Below are positions 37,871 to 48,650 of a stretch of DNA of 64,000 nucleotides, one piece after another; the first letter of the stretch is position 1, and every line of letters starts with the position of its first letter. The notes beneath the pieces were generated by a model that had not been told where the DNA came from, did not search any database, and saw nothing but the letters and a program-made list of their open reading frames with translations. The translations under genes were made by a program, and so were the position numbers. The DNA comes from an uncultured candidate division Zixibacteria bacterium (GTDB lineage Bacteria > Zixibacteria > MSB-5A5 > GN15 > FEB-12): the NCBI GenBank assembly GCA_963664195.1, contig OY760907.1, forward strand, positions 2,112,001 to 2,176,000. The letters are read 5' to 3'.

Positions 37871-39904
37871 GTGAGCAATTTTGATATGAACCGAAATCGC
37901 CGTTCCGGCGGTCCCGGAGGCAACGGGGACAAAAAAGAGCCCCCGCGCTGGCGCAACTCGAGCCGGTCGCTCCTGATATGGATGGCCGTGTTTCTGTCGA
38001 TGTTCGTCATCTGGCAGTTCTTTGCGGATTTTGACCAGGACTCGGTGGAGATTGTCTATACTGAGTTTAAGCAGGAAGTCGTCGACGGCAACGTTGCGGA
38101 AGTGACTTTCACTGACAGGGAGGTCGAAGGACTTCTGCGCGAGGCGAAAACCTTTCCCTCATCTCGTGGCTCCCAATCGACCAAGCGATTTCGTACGCGA
38201 ATCCTCTCGTTCACAGACACAAACAGTGATTTGGTCAAGCTGCTGGAAGAAAACAACGTTCGGATAGCGGCCCAGATCAAGGGCGTGGATTTCTTCTCCG
38301 TTCTGATTTCTATAGCTCCCTGGCTCATTCTTATTCTGATTTGGCTGTTTTTCCTTCGTCAGATGCAGGGTGGAGGCGGTCCGAAGGGCTTGTTCTCATT
38401 TGGCAAAAGCAAGGCGAAACTGCTGACCGATGAACGCCCGCGGGTGACTTTCAACGATGTTGCCGGCGCCGATGAGGCCAAGGAAGAACTCGGAGAAATC
38501 ATCGAATTTCTCAAGGAGCCGGGTAAGTTCCAGAAACTGGGCGGCAAGATTCCCAAGGGCGCCCTGCTGTTGGGGCCTCCGGGAACGGGCAAGACTCTGC
38601 TGGCTCGTGCAATTGCGGGTGAGGCGGGTGTGCCGTTTTTCTCGATGTCCGGTTCGGATTTCGTTGAGATGTTCGTTGGTGTTGGTGCCAGTCGCGTGCG
38701 CGACCTGTTTGAACAGGGGAAGAAAAACGCCCCGTGCATTATCTTTATCGACGAGATCGACGCGGTAGGACGCCATCGCGGTGCGGGGATGGGCGGTGGT
38801 CATGATGAACGCGAACAGACATTAAACCAGTTGCTGGTTGAGATGGACGGTTTTGAGTCCAACGAGGGTGTGATTCTGATTGCGGCTACGAACCGCCCGG
38901 ATGTACTCGACCCCGCGTTGATGCGGCCCGGTCGATTCGATCGCCAGATTGTTGTTGGCTCGCCCGATGTCAAGGGACGCGAGGGAATTCTGATCGTGCA
39001 CACGCGCAAGATCAAGATGGGCGACGACGTCGATCTCGATGTTCTGGCCCGGGGAACACCGGGAATGTCCGGTGCTGACTTGGCCAATCTTGTCAACGAA
39101 GCGGCCTTGCTGGCTTCCCGGAGAGACCGTGAATCCGTCATGATGGAAGACTTTGAGGAAGCCAAGGACAAAGTCATGATGGGTGCCGAACGCAAGTCGC
39201 TGGTAATCAGCGAAGAAGAGAAGAAGGTGACCGCTTATCATGAGGCCGGTCACACACTTGTGGCTCGTTTCCTGCCCAAGGCCGATCCCATTCACAAGGT
39301 GACCATCATTCCGCGCGGCATGGCCCTCGGGTTGACACAGTCGCTGCCGGTTGACGAACGCCACACGCATTCAAGAGATTATCTGGTTGCCAATCTGGCG
39401 GTGTTCATGGGAGGTCGTGTTGCCGAGAAACTGGTTTTTGATCAACTCACAACCGGTGCCGGAAACGATCTGGAACGAGCGACCAAACTGGCGCGGAAGA
39501 TGGTCTGTAACTGGGGAATGTCCGACAAGCTCGGGCCAGCCACATTCGGAAAGACCGAGACACATCCGTTCCTTGGAAGAGAATTTCACCAGAGCGGGCG
39601 GGAGTACTCGGAATCGACTGCGGTGCTAATCGATCAGGAAGTTCGCAAGTTCATCGAGGAGGCCGAGGACACGGCCGAGAGGATTCTCACGCACAATCTG
39701 GACAAACTCCAGGCCCTGTCAGAGCTGCTTCTCGAAAAGGAAGTGATGGATAGCCGTGAGGTGGATGAGGTCCTTGGTTTTCCGGCCAAAAAAGAGCGGC
39801 AGGTGGTCAAACCGGCCTTGCCGGCAAACCTGAAACCGGTACAGACCATGGAAAAGCCGGAGATCAAACCGAAGCCGGGGTCGGAACTGGGACTGCAATC
39901 TTGA
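37871..39904 (+). CDS. ftsH: ATP-dependent zinc metalloprotease FtsH
   Basis: Two TM helices, [26 protein letters not shown]. Confidence 0.97.
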   Translation: MSNFDMNRNRRSGGPGGNGDKKEPPRWRNSSRSLLIWMAVFLSMFVIWQFFADFDQDSVEIVYTEFKQEVVDGNVAEVTFTDREVEGLLREAKTFPSSRGSQSTKRFRTRILSFTDTNSDLVKLLEENNVRIAAQIKGVDFFSVLISIAPWLILILIWLFFLRQMQGGGGPKGLFSFGKSKAKLLTDERPRVTFNDVAGADEAKEELGEIIEFLKEPGKFQKLGGKIPKGALLLGPPGTGKTLLARAIAGEAGVPFFSMSGSDFVEMFVGVGASRVRDLFEQGKKNAPCIIFIDEIDAVGRHRGAGMGGGHDEREQTLNQLLVEMDGFESNEGVILIAATNRPDVLDPALMRPGRFDRQIVVGSPDVKGREGILIVHTRKIKMGDDVDLDVLARGTPGMSGADLANLVNEAALLASRRDRESVMMEDFEEAKDKVMMGAERKSLVISEEEKKVTAYHEAGHTLVARFLPKADPIHKVTIIPRGMALGLTQSLPVDERHTHSRDYLVANLAVFMGGRVAEKLVFDQLTTGAGNDLERATKLARKMVCNWGMSDKLGPATFGKTETHPFLGREFHQSGREYSESTAVLIDQEVRKFIEEAEDTAERILTHNLDKLQALSELLLEKEVMDSREVDEVLGFPAKKERQVVKPALPANLKPVQTMEKPEIKPKPGSELGLQS

Positions 39905-39935
39905 CCTACTGACGGCTCCCGATAGTCGTAGAATC

Positions 39936-39970
39936 AGCCGCCGGACTTTGACAGTCCGGCGGTTTCTTTT
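39936..39970 (+). terminator. Intrinsic terminator after ftsH
   Basis: AGCCGCCGGACT-TTGAC-AGTCCGGCGGTT followed by TCTTTT. Confidence 0.8.
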
Positions 39971-40043
39971 GGCCGATTGCGTAGAGGTCTTGATCTTTAC
40001 GGGTTGATTCCGGACTCGATATTCAGTACCATGGATTAGACCT

Positions 40044-40931
40044 ATGAAGCACAGGCAGACATTTACCAAAACCGAAGAGATTAAACCGGTTATCCCGTTT
40101 GCCGACGGCAAACAACTGCCGTTGTCACGCCCTCTTATAATGGGGATTCTCAACGTGACACCGGACTCGTTTTCCGACGGCGGCAAGTATGTTATACGCG
40201 ATCGGGCGATTGAATACGGTCTGGCGATGGTCAACGAGGGTGCAGACATCATAGATGTTGGCGGCGAATCGACCCGGCCGGGAGCAGAGCCTATAGAGTC
40301 TGAAGAAGAGATCGTGAGAGTCATCCCGGTGGTTGAAGCGATACGTTCAACCAGCCCGGTGAGGATTTCTGTCGACACATACCATGCTGCCACCGCTCGT
40401 GCGGCAATTGAGGCCGGGGCCGATATTGTCAACGATATTTCGGCGCTTCGGTACGACCCGGAAATGGTAGCGGTTGTAGCCGAGAAGAAAGTGCCGGTGG
40501 TCCTGATGCACATGCGGGGGACGCCGCGTGATATGCAAAAAGACCCGTCGTACGTTGACTGTGTGGTCGAAGTTATGGCCTTTCTTCAGCAGCGTGTTGA
40601 CTATTGTCTGGAGCATGGGATTTCCAAGACCAAGGTGATTGTTGATCCCGGAATCGGGTTCGGCAAGAGGCTCTCTGACAATCTCCAGTTGCTGTCTTGT
40701 CTGCCGCAGTTCAAGGAGTTCAACGTGCCGCTGCTCATAGGAGCTTCACGGAAATCGTTCATCGGGATGCTTCACCAGAGGTCGGATTCTGATCCGGCCC
40801 GTCGTCTGGGCGGATCGATAGCCGCCGCGGTGGCGGCAGTGACCGCAGGCGCCGATATACTACGTGTACACGATGTCGGCCCGACGGTGGAGGCACTCAA
40901 AGTCATACAGGCGATAAGGAACGTACGGTAA
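40044..40931 (+). CDS. folP: Dihydropteroate synthase
   Basis: MGILNVTPDSFSDGG, GGESTRPGA, DPGIGFGK, SRKSF, RVHDV. Confidence 0.96.
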   Translation: MKHRQTFTKTEEIKPVIPFADGKQLPLSRPLIMGILNVTPDSFSDGGKYVIRDRAIEYGLAMVNEGADIIDVGGESTRPGAEPIESEEEIVRVIPVVEAIRSTSPVRISVDTYHAATARAAIEAGADIVNDISALRYDPEMVAVVAEKKVPVVLMHMRGTPRDMQKDPSYVDCVVEVMAFLQQRVDYCLEHGISKTKVIVDPGIGFGKRLSDNLQLLSCLPQFKEFNVPLLIGASRKSFIGMLHQRSDSDPARRLGGSIAAAVAAVTAGADILRVHDVGPTVEALKVIQAIRNVR

Positions 40932-40934
40932 ACC

Positions 40935-41690
40935 ATGCTGAGCTACGATTTTCTCAATTTCAGCATCAAGGATCTGATCGATGTCCTTCTGGTGTCGTTT
41001 ATTATTTACCAGGTGTTGAAACTGACCCGAGGCACCCGCTCGGCCCAGATTATCATCGGACTCAGCCTGCTGGCCGGAATCGCCTTCATTTCCTACTGGT
41101 TCCAATTCGAGGGCCTCACGTGGCTGTTTTCCACGCTGGCGACGTTTGGCATCATCGTTTTTGTAGTGGTATTCCAACCGGAGCTTCGCAGCGCACTGGC
41201 TCATATCGGACAGAACCGGTTGATCCGGACGTTCGTGACCCTGGAGCAGACCAAGACTCTTGAGGAGGTTGTCCGTGCAACACTTCGTCTGGCTGAACTT
41301 GGTTATGGCGGCTTGATCGTGATTGAGCGTCGGACGGGGCTGCGCAATTTTGCCGAGACCGGCAAGGAGATGAACGCCGCTCTTTCCTGGGAGCTGCTTG
41401 TTACGCTGTTTACGCCGTACACGCCGCTCCACGATGGGGCCGTGCTGGTGTCCGGTGACTACATAACCGCCTCGGCAGCCTCGCTGCCGATAACGAGCAA
41501 CGAGCGATATCGCAAATTGTACGGCATGCGTCACAAAGCGGCCATAGGTGTCAGCGAGGTGTCGGACGCGGTGGTGGTAGTGGTGTCCGAGGAAAACAGC
41601 GGTATTTCGGTGGCTTGCAACGGGATTCTGGAGTCGAATATACCCCGCACGGAATTCCGGGATCGGCTGGCCGATTATCTCAAAAAGTAG
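40935..41690 (+). CDS. cdaA: Diadenylate cyclase CdaA/DacA
   Basis: Three TM helices, FQPELR, PLHDGA, GMRHKAA, VSEE. Confidence 0.9.
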   Translation: MLSYDFLNFSIKDLIDVLLVSFIIYQVLKLTRGTRSAQIIIGLSLLAGIAFISYWFQFEGLTWLFSTLATFGIIVFVVVFQPELRSALAHIGQNRLIRTFVTLEQTKTLEEVVRATLRLAELGYGGLIVIERRTGLRNFAETGKEMNAALSWELLVTLFTPYTPLHDGAVLVSGDYITASAASLPITSNERYRKLYGMRHKAAIGVSEVSDAVVVVVSEENSGISVACNGILESNIPRTEFRDRLADYLKK

Positions 41691-41802
41691 GCTGCCTTAA
41701 GGAAAGCACGTGCAGCGCTTTCTCCGGTTTGACTTTTCCCGTCAAAAGACATACCTTCGCCAGTCCTGATAACCCTTTGGCCGGATAGACCCAGTAGCGA
41801 GT

Positions 41803-43605
41803 ATGAACGAACTTGACCACATACGCAACTTCTCGATTATCGCGCACATAGACCACGGCAAGTCTACGCTCGCTGATCGGATGCTCGAATTGACCCGGAC
41901 GCTGTCTTCGCGACAGATGAAGGCCCAGGTGCTGGATTCCATGGATCTCGAGCAGGAGCGCGGCATCACTATCAAGGCTCATGCTATCCGGCTGGATTAC
42001 CTGGCACAGAGCGGCAAGTGGTACAAGTTCAATCTGATTGATACCCCCGGCCATGTAGATTTCACGTACGAAGTCAGCCGGTCGCTGGCCGCCTGCGAAG
42101 GCGCGATACTGGTGGTCGACGCCACCCAGGGCATCGAGGCGCAGACGCTGTCGAACCTGTATCTTGCGATGGAACACGATCTGGAGATTCTTCCGGTAAT
42201 CAACAAAATCGACCTGCCCAACGCCGATCCTGCGAGAGTCCGGGCGGAAGTGGTCGATCTGATCGGTTGCAGACCCGAGGAAGTGCTTGAGGTTTCCGCC
42301 AAAAAGGGCGAGGGAGTACCTGCTCTGCTTGAGGCGATTATAGATGCCTTCCCGCCCCCGACAGGGAACTCCGAGGCGCCCTTGCAGGCGATGGTTTTCG
42401 ACTCGGATTTTGACGCCTATCGTGGTGCCTGTTCGTTTGTGAAAGTGGTCAACGGAAGTCTCCGCAAAGGGGATCGGATCAAGTTCTTCTCCAACAACAA
42501 ATCTCACGAAGTGGACGAGGTCGGGTATCTGCGCCTTGCGTCGATTCCCCAGGAGGAACTTGGGACCGGCGATGTAGGCTATTTCTTCGCCTCGATCAAG
42601 GAAGTTTCTGACACTCGAATAGGCGACACGGTTACGACCGTGGTGGCGCCCGCCAAAGAGCCGTTGCCGGGGTTCGTGAATATCAAGCCGATGGTGTTTT
42701 CCGGCATTTATCCGGCGGTGGCTGAGGATTTCACACAGCTTCGCGAGGCAATCGAAAAACTCAAGCTCAACGATTCCTCGTTGACTTTTGTGCCCGAGTC
42801 ATCCTCCGCGCTGGGGTTTGGATTCCGCGTGGGATTTCTTGGTCTGTTGCATATGGAGATCATCACTGAACGGCTGTCACGGGAGTACGGTCAGACCATC
42901 ATCAATACGGTACCGAGTGTTGAGTATCAGGTACACCGAACCGACGGGTCTGTTCTTCTGGTCGACAACCCTGCCCAGATGCCGCCGGCGGGCGAGATTG
43001 ACAGCATCGATGAGCCGTATGTCGATTCCCAGATCATAGTCCCCAGCGAGTATGTCGGGACAATTATGCGACTCGGCACAGAACGTCGCGGCGAATACAA
43101 AAACACAGAGTACTTGTCACCGACGCGTGCGAATGTGAGCTACTCTTTCCCTCTGGCCGAGATTATCTTTGATTTCTACGACAAGCTGAAATCTACGACC
43201 CGCGGGTATGCCTCTTTTGACTATGGTCTGCCTTACTATCGACGGTCCGATCTGGTTAAGCTCGAAATGATGGTGAACAATGATCCGGTCGATGCTCTCT
43301 CCGTGATTATCCACCGGGACAAGGCGTATCGCTGGGGATTGAGTTTGAATGAAAAGCTCAGGAAACTGATTCCTCGTCAGATGTTCGAAGTTGTTCTTCA
43401 GGCCGCTATCGGCAGCCGGATCGTGAGTCGTGCGACTATCCACCCACTCCGCAAAAACGTAACCGCGAAGTGTTACGGCGGCGATATCAGTCGTAAGAGG
43501 AAGCTGCTCGAGAAGCAGAAAGAGGGCAAGAAGCGGATGAAGCAGATCGGTTCAGTGGAAATTCCGCAGGAGGCGTTTCTGGCTGCCCTACAGATCGAGC
43601 GATAG
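41803..43605 (+). CDS. lepA: Elongation factor 4
   Basis: [40 protein letters not shown]. Confidence 0.98.
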   Translation: MNELDHIRNFSIIAHIDHGKSTLADRMLELTRTLSSRQMKAQVLDSMDLEQERGITIKAHAIRLDYLAQSGKWYKFNLIDTPGHVDFTYEVSRSLAACEGAILVVDATQGIEAQTLSNLYLAMEHDLEILPVINKIDLPNADPARVRAEVVDLIGCRPEEVLEVSAKKGEGVPALLEAIIDAFPPPTGNSEAPLQAMVFDSDFDAYRGACSFVKVVNGSLRKGDRIKFFSNNKSHEVDEVGYLRLASIPQEELGTGDVGYFFASIKEVSDTRIGDTVTTVVAPAKEPLPGFVNIKPMVFSGIYPAVAEDFTQLREAIEKLKLNDSSLTFVPESSSALGFGFRVGFLGLLHMEIITERLSREYGQTIINTVPSVEYQVHRTDGSVLLVDNPAQMPPAGEIDSIDEPYVDSQIIVPSEYVGTIMRLGTERRGEYKNTEYLSPTRANVSYSFPLAEIIFDFYDKLKSTTRGYASFDYGLPYYRRSDLVKLEMMVNNDPVDALSVIIHRDKAYRWGLSLNEKLRKLIPRQMFEVVLQAAIGSRIVSRATIHPLRKNVTAKCYGGDISRKRKLLEKQKEGKKRMKQIGSVEIPQEAFLAALQIER

Positions 43606-43704
43606 GAATTTTCCCCTCGCGCCAATCATATATTTTCATATATTGGGCGGACGAAAAGAGTCTTGTCCCGGGGGATGCGAAAACGTAAGGAAGTCTGTTC
43701 GGAT

Positions 43705-45090
43705 ATGAAGATTGTCAAGAAAGTTGAAGAGGCGATAAACGCCAATACGCTCAAGCCGGGATCCGTCATCTATTGTGCCGGCAATGCAGCCACGCCGCAG
43801 GTCCTTCTCGGACAGCTTGCCAGAGATATGTCAATCAAGAGAGTGGCCATGTACAGTGTGCTGCTGCTGGGTGATCAGATAGACGGTCTCTTCACCGAAG
43901 AGCGGTGCCAGTCGCTTACGCACCGTGTGATTTTCAACAGCCACCTGACCCGTGGTGCGGTAAACAAGGGTTGGGCCAAGTACCACCCGATGCATCTGTC
44001 GGAGATACCGGTCTATGCCGAGCGCGAAGGTGGTCCGGATGTTGTGCTGCTTTCCGTGTCCGGTCCGGACAACGGCGGCAATTTCAGTCTTGGAACCACC
44101 GTCGAGGCTGTCCTGGCTGCGATACACTCGGCCAAAAAGCGCGGCGGACTTGTCATTGCCGAGCGAAACGTGAAGATGCCGTTTGTGTTGGGTACGACGA
44201 TTCCGGGTGAGTGGATCGATTACCTCATCGACACCGATTGCCCGCTTCCCTCCAGCCCGGTGCGTGAGCCTGATGAGCGGGCGCGACGGATCGCGAACAT
44301 TATAGCTTCGCTGTATATTTCCGACGGCACCCGCGACAAACCGGGATCGACCCTCCAATACGGAATCGGCGAGGTTCCGGAAGCGGTGACGGATGCCATA
44401 ATCAATCGAAATATCGGAGGTCTGGGTATTCACACCGAGCTATTTGCCGGCGCTATGCGAAAGCTCGTCGAGAAGGGGTTGGTCACCAATTGGTGGAAGA
44501 AGGATATTGATTTCTCGATCGCTTCGATATTTCTGGCAGAAGATCAGAAGGGCTACGAGTGGTTGGACTACAACAGCAGCGTGCAGAGTCGCGGATGCGA
44601 CTACACTAACCGGATCGACCAGATAGCGCAGCAGCCGAGAATGGTAACGATCAACAGTGCGATCGGCGTTGATCTCGCCGGTAATATCTGGGCCGACTCG
44701 CTCGATGCTCGCCGCATCTACAGTGGTGTAGGGGGGCAGGCCGATTTTATCCGTGGCGCCCAGTATTCGGAGGGCGGAGTGGCCGTCATCGCCCTCAAAG
44801 CCACGACTTCAAAAGGTCAGTCCAAGATCGTCGACCGCTGCCCGGCCGGCATTACCACTACCGCTATTCCGGCGGATAACGTCATCCTTGTCACCGAGCA
44901 CGGAGCGTTTGATCCTCGCCGTCTGAGCCTTGGTGAGCGGGCAATTGGCATCGCCCATCTGGCCGAACCCGAGGAGCGCGAGAATCTGCTGAAGATCATT
45001 CGTGACAACCCGGCCTTCCACAGACCGGATGTGACGATTCATCGCGGCAAGCCCGGCTTTGTCACCTACGACGAAGCGATGAGCATGTAG
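43705..45090 (+). CDS. Acetyl-CoA hydrolase/CoA-transferase family protein (4-hydroxybutyrate CoA-transferase-like)
   Basis: TLQYGIGEVP, LGIHTE, INSAIGVDL, SGVGGQADF, VTEHG. Confidence 0.88.
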   Translation: MKIVKKVEEAINANTLKPGSVIYCAGNAATPQVLLGQLARDMSIKRVAMYSVLLLGDQIDGLFTEERCQSLTHRVIFNSHLTRGAVNKGWAKYHPMHLSEIPVYAEREGGPDVVLLSVSGPDNGGNFSLGTTVEAVLAAIHSAKKRGGLVIAERNVKMPFVLGTTIPGEWIDYLIDTDCPLPSSPVREPDERARRIANIIASLYISDGTRDKPGSTLQYGIGEVPEAVTDAIINRNIGGLGIHTELFAGAMRKLVEKGLVTNWWKKDIDFSIASIFLAEDQKGYEWLDYNSSVQSRGCDYTNRIDQIAQQPRMVTINSAIGVDLAGNIWADSLDARRIYSGVGGQADFIRGAQYSEGGVAVIALKATTSKGQSKIVDRCPAGITTTAIPADNVILVTEHGAFDPRRLSLGERAIGIAHLAEPEERENLLKIIRDNPAFHRPDVTIHRGKPGFVTYDEAMSM

Positions 45091-45308
45091 GTTCATACTT
45101 CGTATTGAATGCGAAATGTGTGCGGCGGAGCCTGCTGAGGTTCCGCCAGCCACTCGTGGCTTTGCAGGGGCGTTTTGCGCCGGTCCTTTTCTCTTGTCGC
45201 GGGATTCCTGACACAAATTCCGGTTCGCATTCTGAGTGTGGCTGGCCGATCGCGTCGATTACCTTTTATTGTCAGAATCTAGCAAAACACCGCGATCAAC
45301 GCGCCTGG

Positions 45309-45354
45309 TCTGGAAACATTTGATCGACAAAAAGCCTACTGATCTTCAGAGACC
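45309..45354. repeat. REP-like palindrome, copy 2 (degenerate)
   Basis: Shares an exact 16-mer CTGATCTTCAGAGACC with 56683-56698 and a GTCTGGA left arm. Confidence 0.5.
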
Positions 45355-45600
45355 GACAACTACCGCACGTTCACGAATCGAAAAAAGAGAAACAAACAGG
45401 GATGTTGTTGCGTTTAATACGCATAACGAGGGAGCGATTTCAAAAGGGCCAAAACGAAGGGCCTGCCGCCCAGGACCCGGTCAATCGCGGCGGCTGAGTC
45501 GACATCAGAGATTCTTACACCGGCGCGTCAGACTCCGTATCAAACTGATGAACCAAAGCGTGACATAAGAGCCATACACGAATCACAAAAGGAGTGAGCT

Positions 45601-47082
45601 ATGAAACGGCACACGTGGGCTACACCGCTATTGGCGGTGGTGTTGAGTTGTTTGTTGGCGGTGGGGACCTGTCTGGCGGGATCGGGCGATGAGATTCCGA
45701 TCACGACCAAGTCGGAGAAGGCAAAAGAGCTGTACATCAAGGGCAGGGATTTGAACGAGAAGCTACGCTTCACCGATGCCCGCCCGTACTTCCAAAAGGC
45801 GGTCGCCGAGGATCCTAATTTTGCCCTGGCGCACTTCGGCCTCGCTCAGGTCGCTACCAGTGCCAAGGCGTTTTTTGAGGATATGGGCCGTGCGGTGGAA
45901 CTGGCAGGTACCGCTTCCGAGGGAGAACGCCTCCTGATTATGGGGGCTAATGCAGGTCTGGTGGGCGGCGACCCGATCAAGCAGCAGGAGCTATGGACCC
46001 AGTTGGTGAAGAAGTATCCCAAGGATAAGCGCGCTCACACTATGTTGGGCAACGCTTTTTTTGGCCAGCAGGACTGGGAGACCGCAATTACGCACTACGA
46101 AAAGGCCATTGAGATTGACTCAAAGTTCTCACCACCCTACAACCAGATGGGGTATGCGCAGAGTTCTCTGGGCAATTTCTCCAAGGCTGAATATGCGTTC
46201 AAAACTTACATTAACCTGATTCCGGACGATCCGAATCCGTACGATTCATATGCTGAACTGCTGATGAAAGCGGGTCGGTACGAGGAGTCGATCACCAATT
46301 ATCGCAAGGCGCTGGCGGTCGATCCCAAGTTCATCGCGTCGTATCTTGGTATCGCCACCGACCTGAACCTGTTGGGACGTCACGAGGAAGCCCGCAAGGA
46401 GCTTCGTAACTGCTACTCCATCGCCGAAAACGACGGTCAGCGTCGAACGGTGTACCAGGCGATGGCGGTTTCGTATGCCGACGAGGGGAACCTGGAGCAG
46501 GCTCTGGCACAGGTTAACAAACAGTATGCTCTGGCCGAGAGGATCGGCGATAAATCAGCGATGTCGGCCGATTTGATTACGGAGGGCAATATCCAACTCG
46601 AATTAGGGCAGGTCAATAAGGCTAACAGCAATTTCGAGACGGCGCTTGAACTGATTCTAGGATCGAATCTCGGGACCGACGTCAAGGAGCAGGCGAATAT
46701 CCAGCACACGTTCAATATGGCGAGGGTGGCGCTTGAACGCGGCAATATCGCGACCGCGACAAACCTGACCAACAAGTTCCAGCGGACGGTGGAGCCAATC
46801 GGCAATCCGAACCAGATCAAGCAGATGCACCAGCTGCGTGGTATGATTGCTCTGGAGACGAACGATTACACCACGGCGGTGACGGAGCTTCGCATGTCGA
46901 ACCTCCAGAATCCGTACAATCTCTTCCGACTGTCGATCGCGCTGGAATCGCGCGGTGATCGCAGTGTGGGGAGGGGCGAGCTGAAGAAGGCTGCCGAGTT
47001 CAATCAAGTGAACAGCCTGAACTACGCCCTGATTCGTGACCGTGCCAATCAGGCACTGACCCAGGACGTAATGGCGAAGTAA
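45601..47082 (+). CDS. Secreted tetratricopeptide repeat protein
   Basis: Signal peptide; repeated TPR pattern (A..YF.KA...DP.F); SD AAGGAG. Confidence 0.85.
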   Translation: MKRHTWATPLLAVVLSCLLAVGTCLAGSGDEIPITTKSEKAKELYIKGRDLNEKLRFTDARPYFQKAVAEDPNFALAHFGLAQVATSAKAFFEDMGRAVELAGTASEGERLLIMGANAGLVGGDPIKQQELWTQLVKKYPKDKRAHTMLGNAFFGQQDWETAITHYEKAIEIDSKFSPPYNQMGYAQSSLGNFSKAEYAFKTYINLIPDDPNPYDSYAELLMKAGRYEESITNYRKALAVDPKFIASYLGIATDLNLLGRHEEARKELRNCYSIAENDGQRRTVYQAMAVSYADEGNLEQALAQVNKQYALAERIGDKSAMSADLITEGNIQLELGQVNKANSNFETALELILGSNLGTDVKEQANIQHTFNMARVALERGNIATATNLTNKFQRTVEPIGNPNQIKQMHQLRGMIALETNDYTTAVTELRMSNLQNPYNLFRLSIALESRGDRSVGRGELKKAAEFNQVNSLNYALIRDRANQALTQDVMAK

Positions 47083-47097
47083 GACTTGTTTCTGAAC

Positions 47098-47126
47098 GTG
47101 CTGTCGGGTATCACACCCGACAGCAC
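47098..47126. other. Perfect 12-bp hairpin after the TPR gene
   Basis: GTGCTGTCGGGT-ATCAC-ACCCGACAGCAC with no U-tail. Confidence 0.55.
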
Positions 47127-47321
47127 GCACATCCAGCACGCTCACACAGTATCAGTACCAGATTCCGTGACAGGCAGTGTTCCACCCCCGCCTATCCGAC
47201 GTTTTCGCGTCCCCTCCGCAGCCTTTGCGCCGGTGCAACATTCTGCTACATTGACTCGTATTAAATCGAAGCTGCTATAACAGTGTGTGTTTTCTCTATA
47301 CTAAACGACAGGAGGCTGTTT

Positions 47322-48650
47322 TTGAAAACGAGATCGATAGCCCTGGCCGTCGCATTGCTGACTCTGGCATTGGCGATACCGGCCTCGGCGGAATTCAAAC
47401 TCGATGTCCAGCAGCATCAACTGGACAACGGACTGACTATTTTGATGCTCGAAGATCACACCGCTCCGGTGATGACCTATTACACGTTTTTTAGAGTCGG
47501 AACGCGAAACGAACGGGTCGACAACAGCGGGCTGAGCCATTTCTTTGAACACATGATGTTCAACGGCGCCAAGAAATACGGCCCCAAGATATTCGATCAG
47601 GCGCTGGAAAATAACGGCGGGTACTCAAACGCCTACACCAGCAAGGACATGACGGCATACTATGAGGATTTCTCCTCCGATAAGCTGGAACTGGTTCTCG
47701 ATCTGGAATCGGACCGCATGGCCAACCTCGCGCTGGATTCGGCGATGATCGTTTCTGAGCGCGGTGTCGTTTCGGAGGAACGGCTGGTAAGCACCGACAA
47801 CGATGATTTCGGCCAGGTCTACGAGGAGCTTTTTGCGACGGCCTATATGTCGCATCCGTATGGCGGTCCGGTGCTCGGCTGGATGGAATCAATCAAGAAC
47901 TATAACCGTGAGAAATGCCTCGAGTATTTCCATACCTACTATGCGCCCAACAACGCGACCGTAATCATGGTCGGGGACTTTGATTCAAAAAAGGCCCTTG
48001 CCCTGATGCAGCAGTATTTCGGCGACATTCCCAGCGGCCCGCCGCCGCCGAAGGTCTGCCGGTTTGAGCCTGAGCAGCGCGGCGCGCGCAGAGTGATGAT
48101 CGAGAAGCCGGCGCAGTACAGTCACATTATGCGCGGCTACCATGTCGGTGATGCTCTGAGCCCCGATCTTCCCGCCCTGGAGATTCTCCAGTTCGTGCTG
48201 ACCTCCGGTCAGTCCTGTCGGATGCACCAGGCGCTGGTCGACGAGCTTGCGATTTCCCTCGGTCAGTTTGGCGGTTTCAGTTGGGGATTCGATCCGCACC
48301 TCTTTTATTTCTATCAAGCCTGTGTGCCGGGTACAGATTATCAGGTAGTCGAGCAGGCGTTTGATTCGGTGCTGGCGGATTTCATAACCAACGGCCCTAC
48401 GGAGCAGGAACTGGCCCGGGCCAAGAACAGTCTCACGGCCAACTTCTACAAGGACTTCAAGACCAACAACGGCACCGCTGAAAACATCGGCCGATATCAC
48501 ACGCTCATGGGTGATTTCAACGCCATGTATGACTTTGTGCCGAGAGTCAACGCGGTGACGGCCGAGCAGGTCAAGGATGTTGCTGCGAAGTATTTCAATC
48601 GCAAGAATTCAACGACGGTCGTCCTGGTCCCCGAAGGAGGTGCCCTGTGA
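47322..48650 (+). CDS. M16B (pitrilysin family) zinc peptidase, catalytic subunit
   Basis: Signal peptide; HFFEH (HxxEH), NAYTS, ERGVVSEE; SD GGAGG before TTG. Confidence 0.9.
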   Translation: MKTRSIALAVALLTLALAIPASAEFKLDVQQHQLDNGLTILMLEDHTAPVMTYYTFFRVGTRNERVDNSGLSHFFEHMMFNGAKKYGPKIFDQALENNGGYSNAYTSKDMTAYYEDFSSDKLELVLDLESDRMANLALDSAMIVSERGVVSEERLVSTDNDDFGQVYEELFATAYMSHPYGGPVLGWMESIKNYNREKCLEYFHTYYAPNNATVIMVGDFDSKKALALMQQYFGDIPSGPPPPKVCRFEPEQRGARRVMIEKPAQYSHIMRGYHVGDALSPDLPALEILQFVLTSGQSCRMHQALVDELAISLGQFGGFSWGFDPHLFYFYQACVPGTDYQVVEQAFDSVLADFITNGPTEQELARAKNSLTANFYKDFKTNNGTAENIGRYHTLMGDFNAMYDFVPRVNAVTAEQVKDVAAKYFNRKNSTTVVLVPEGGAL

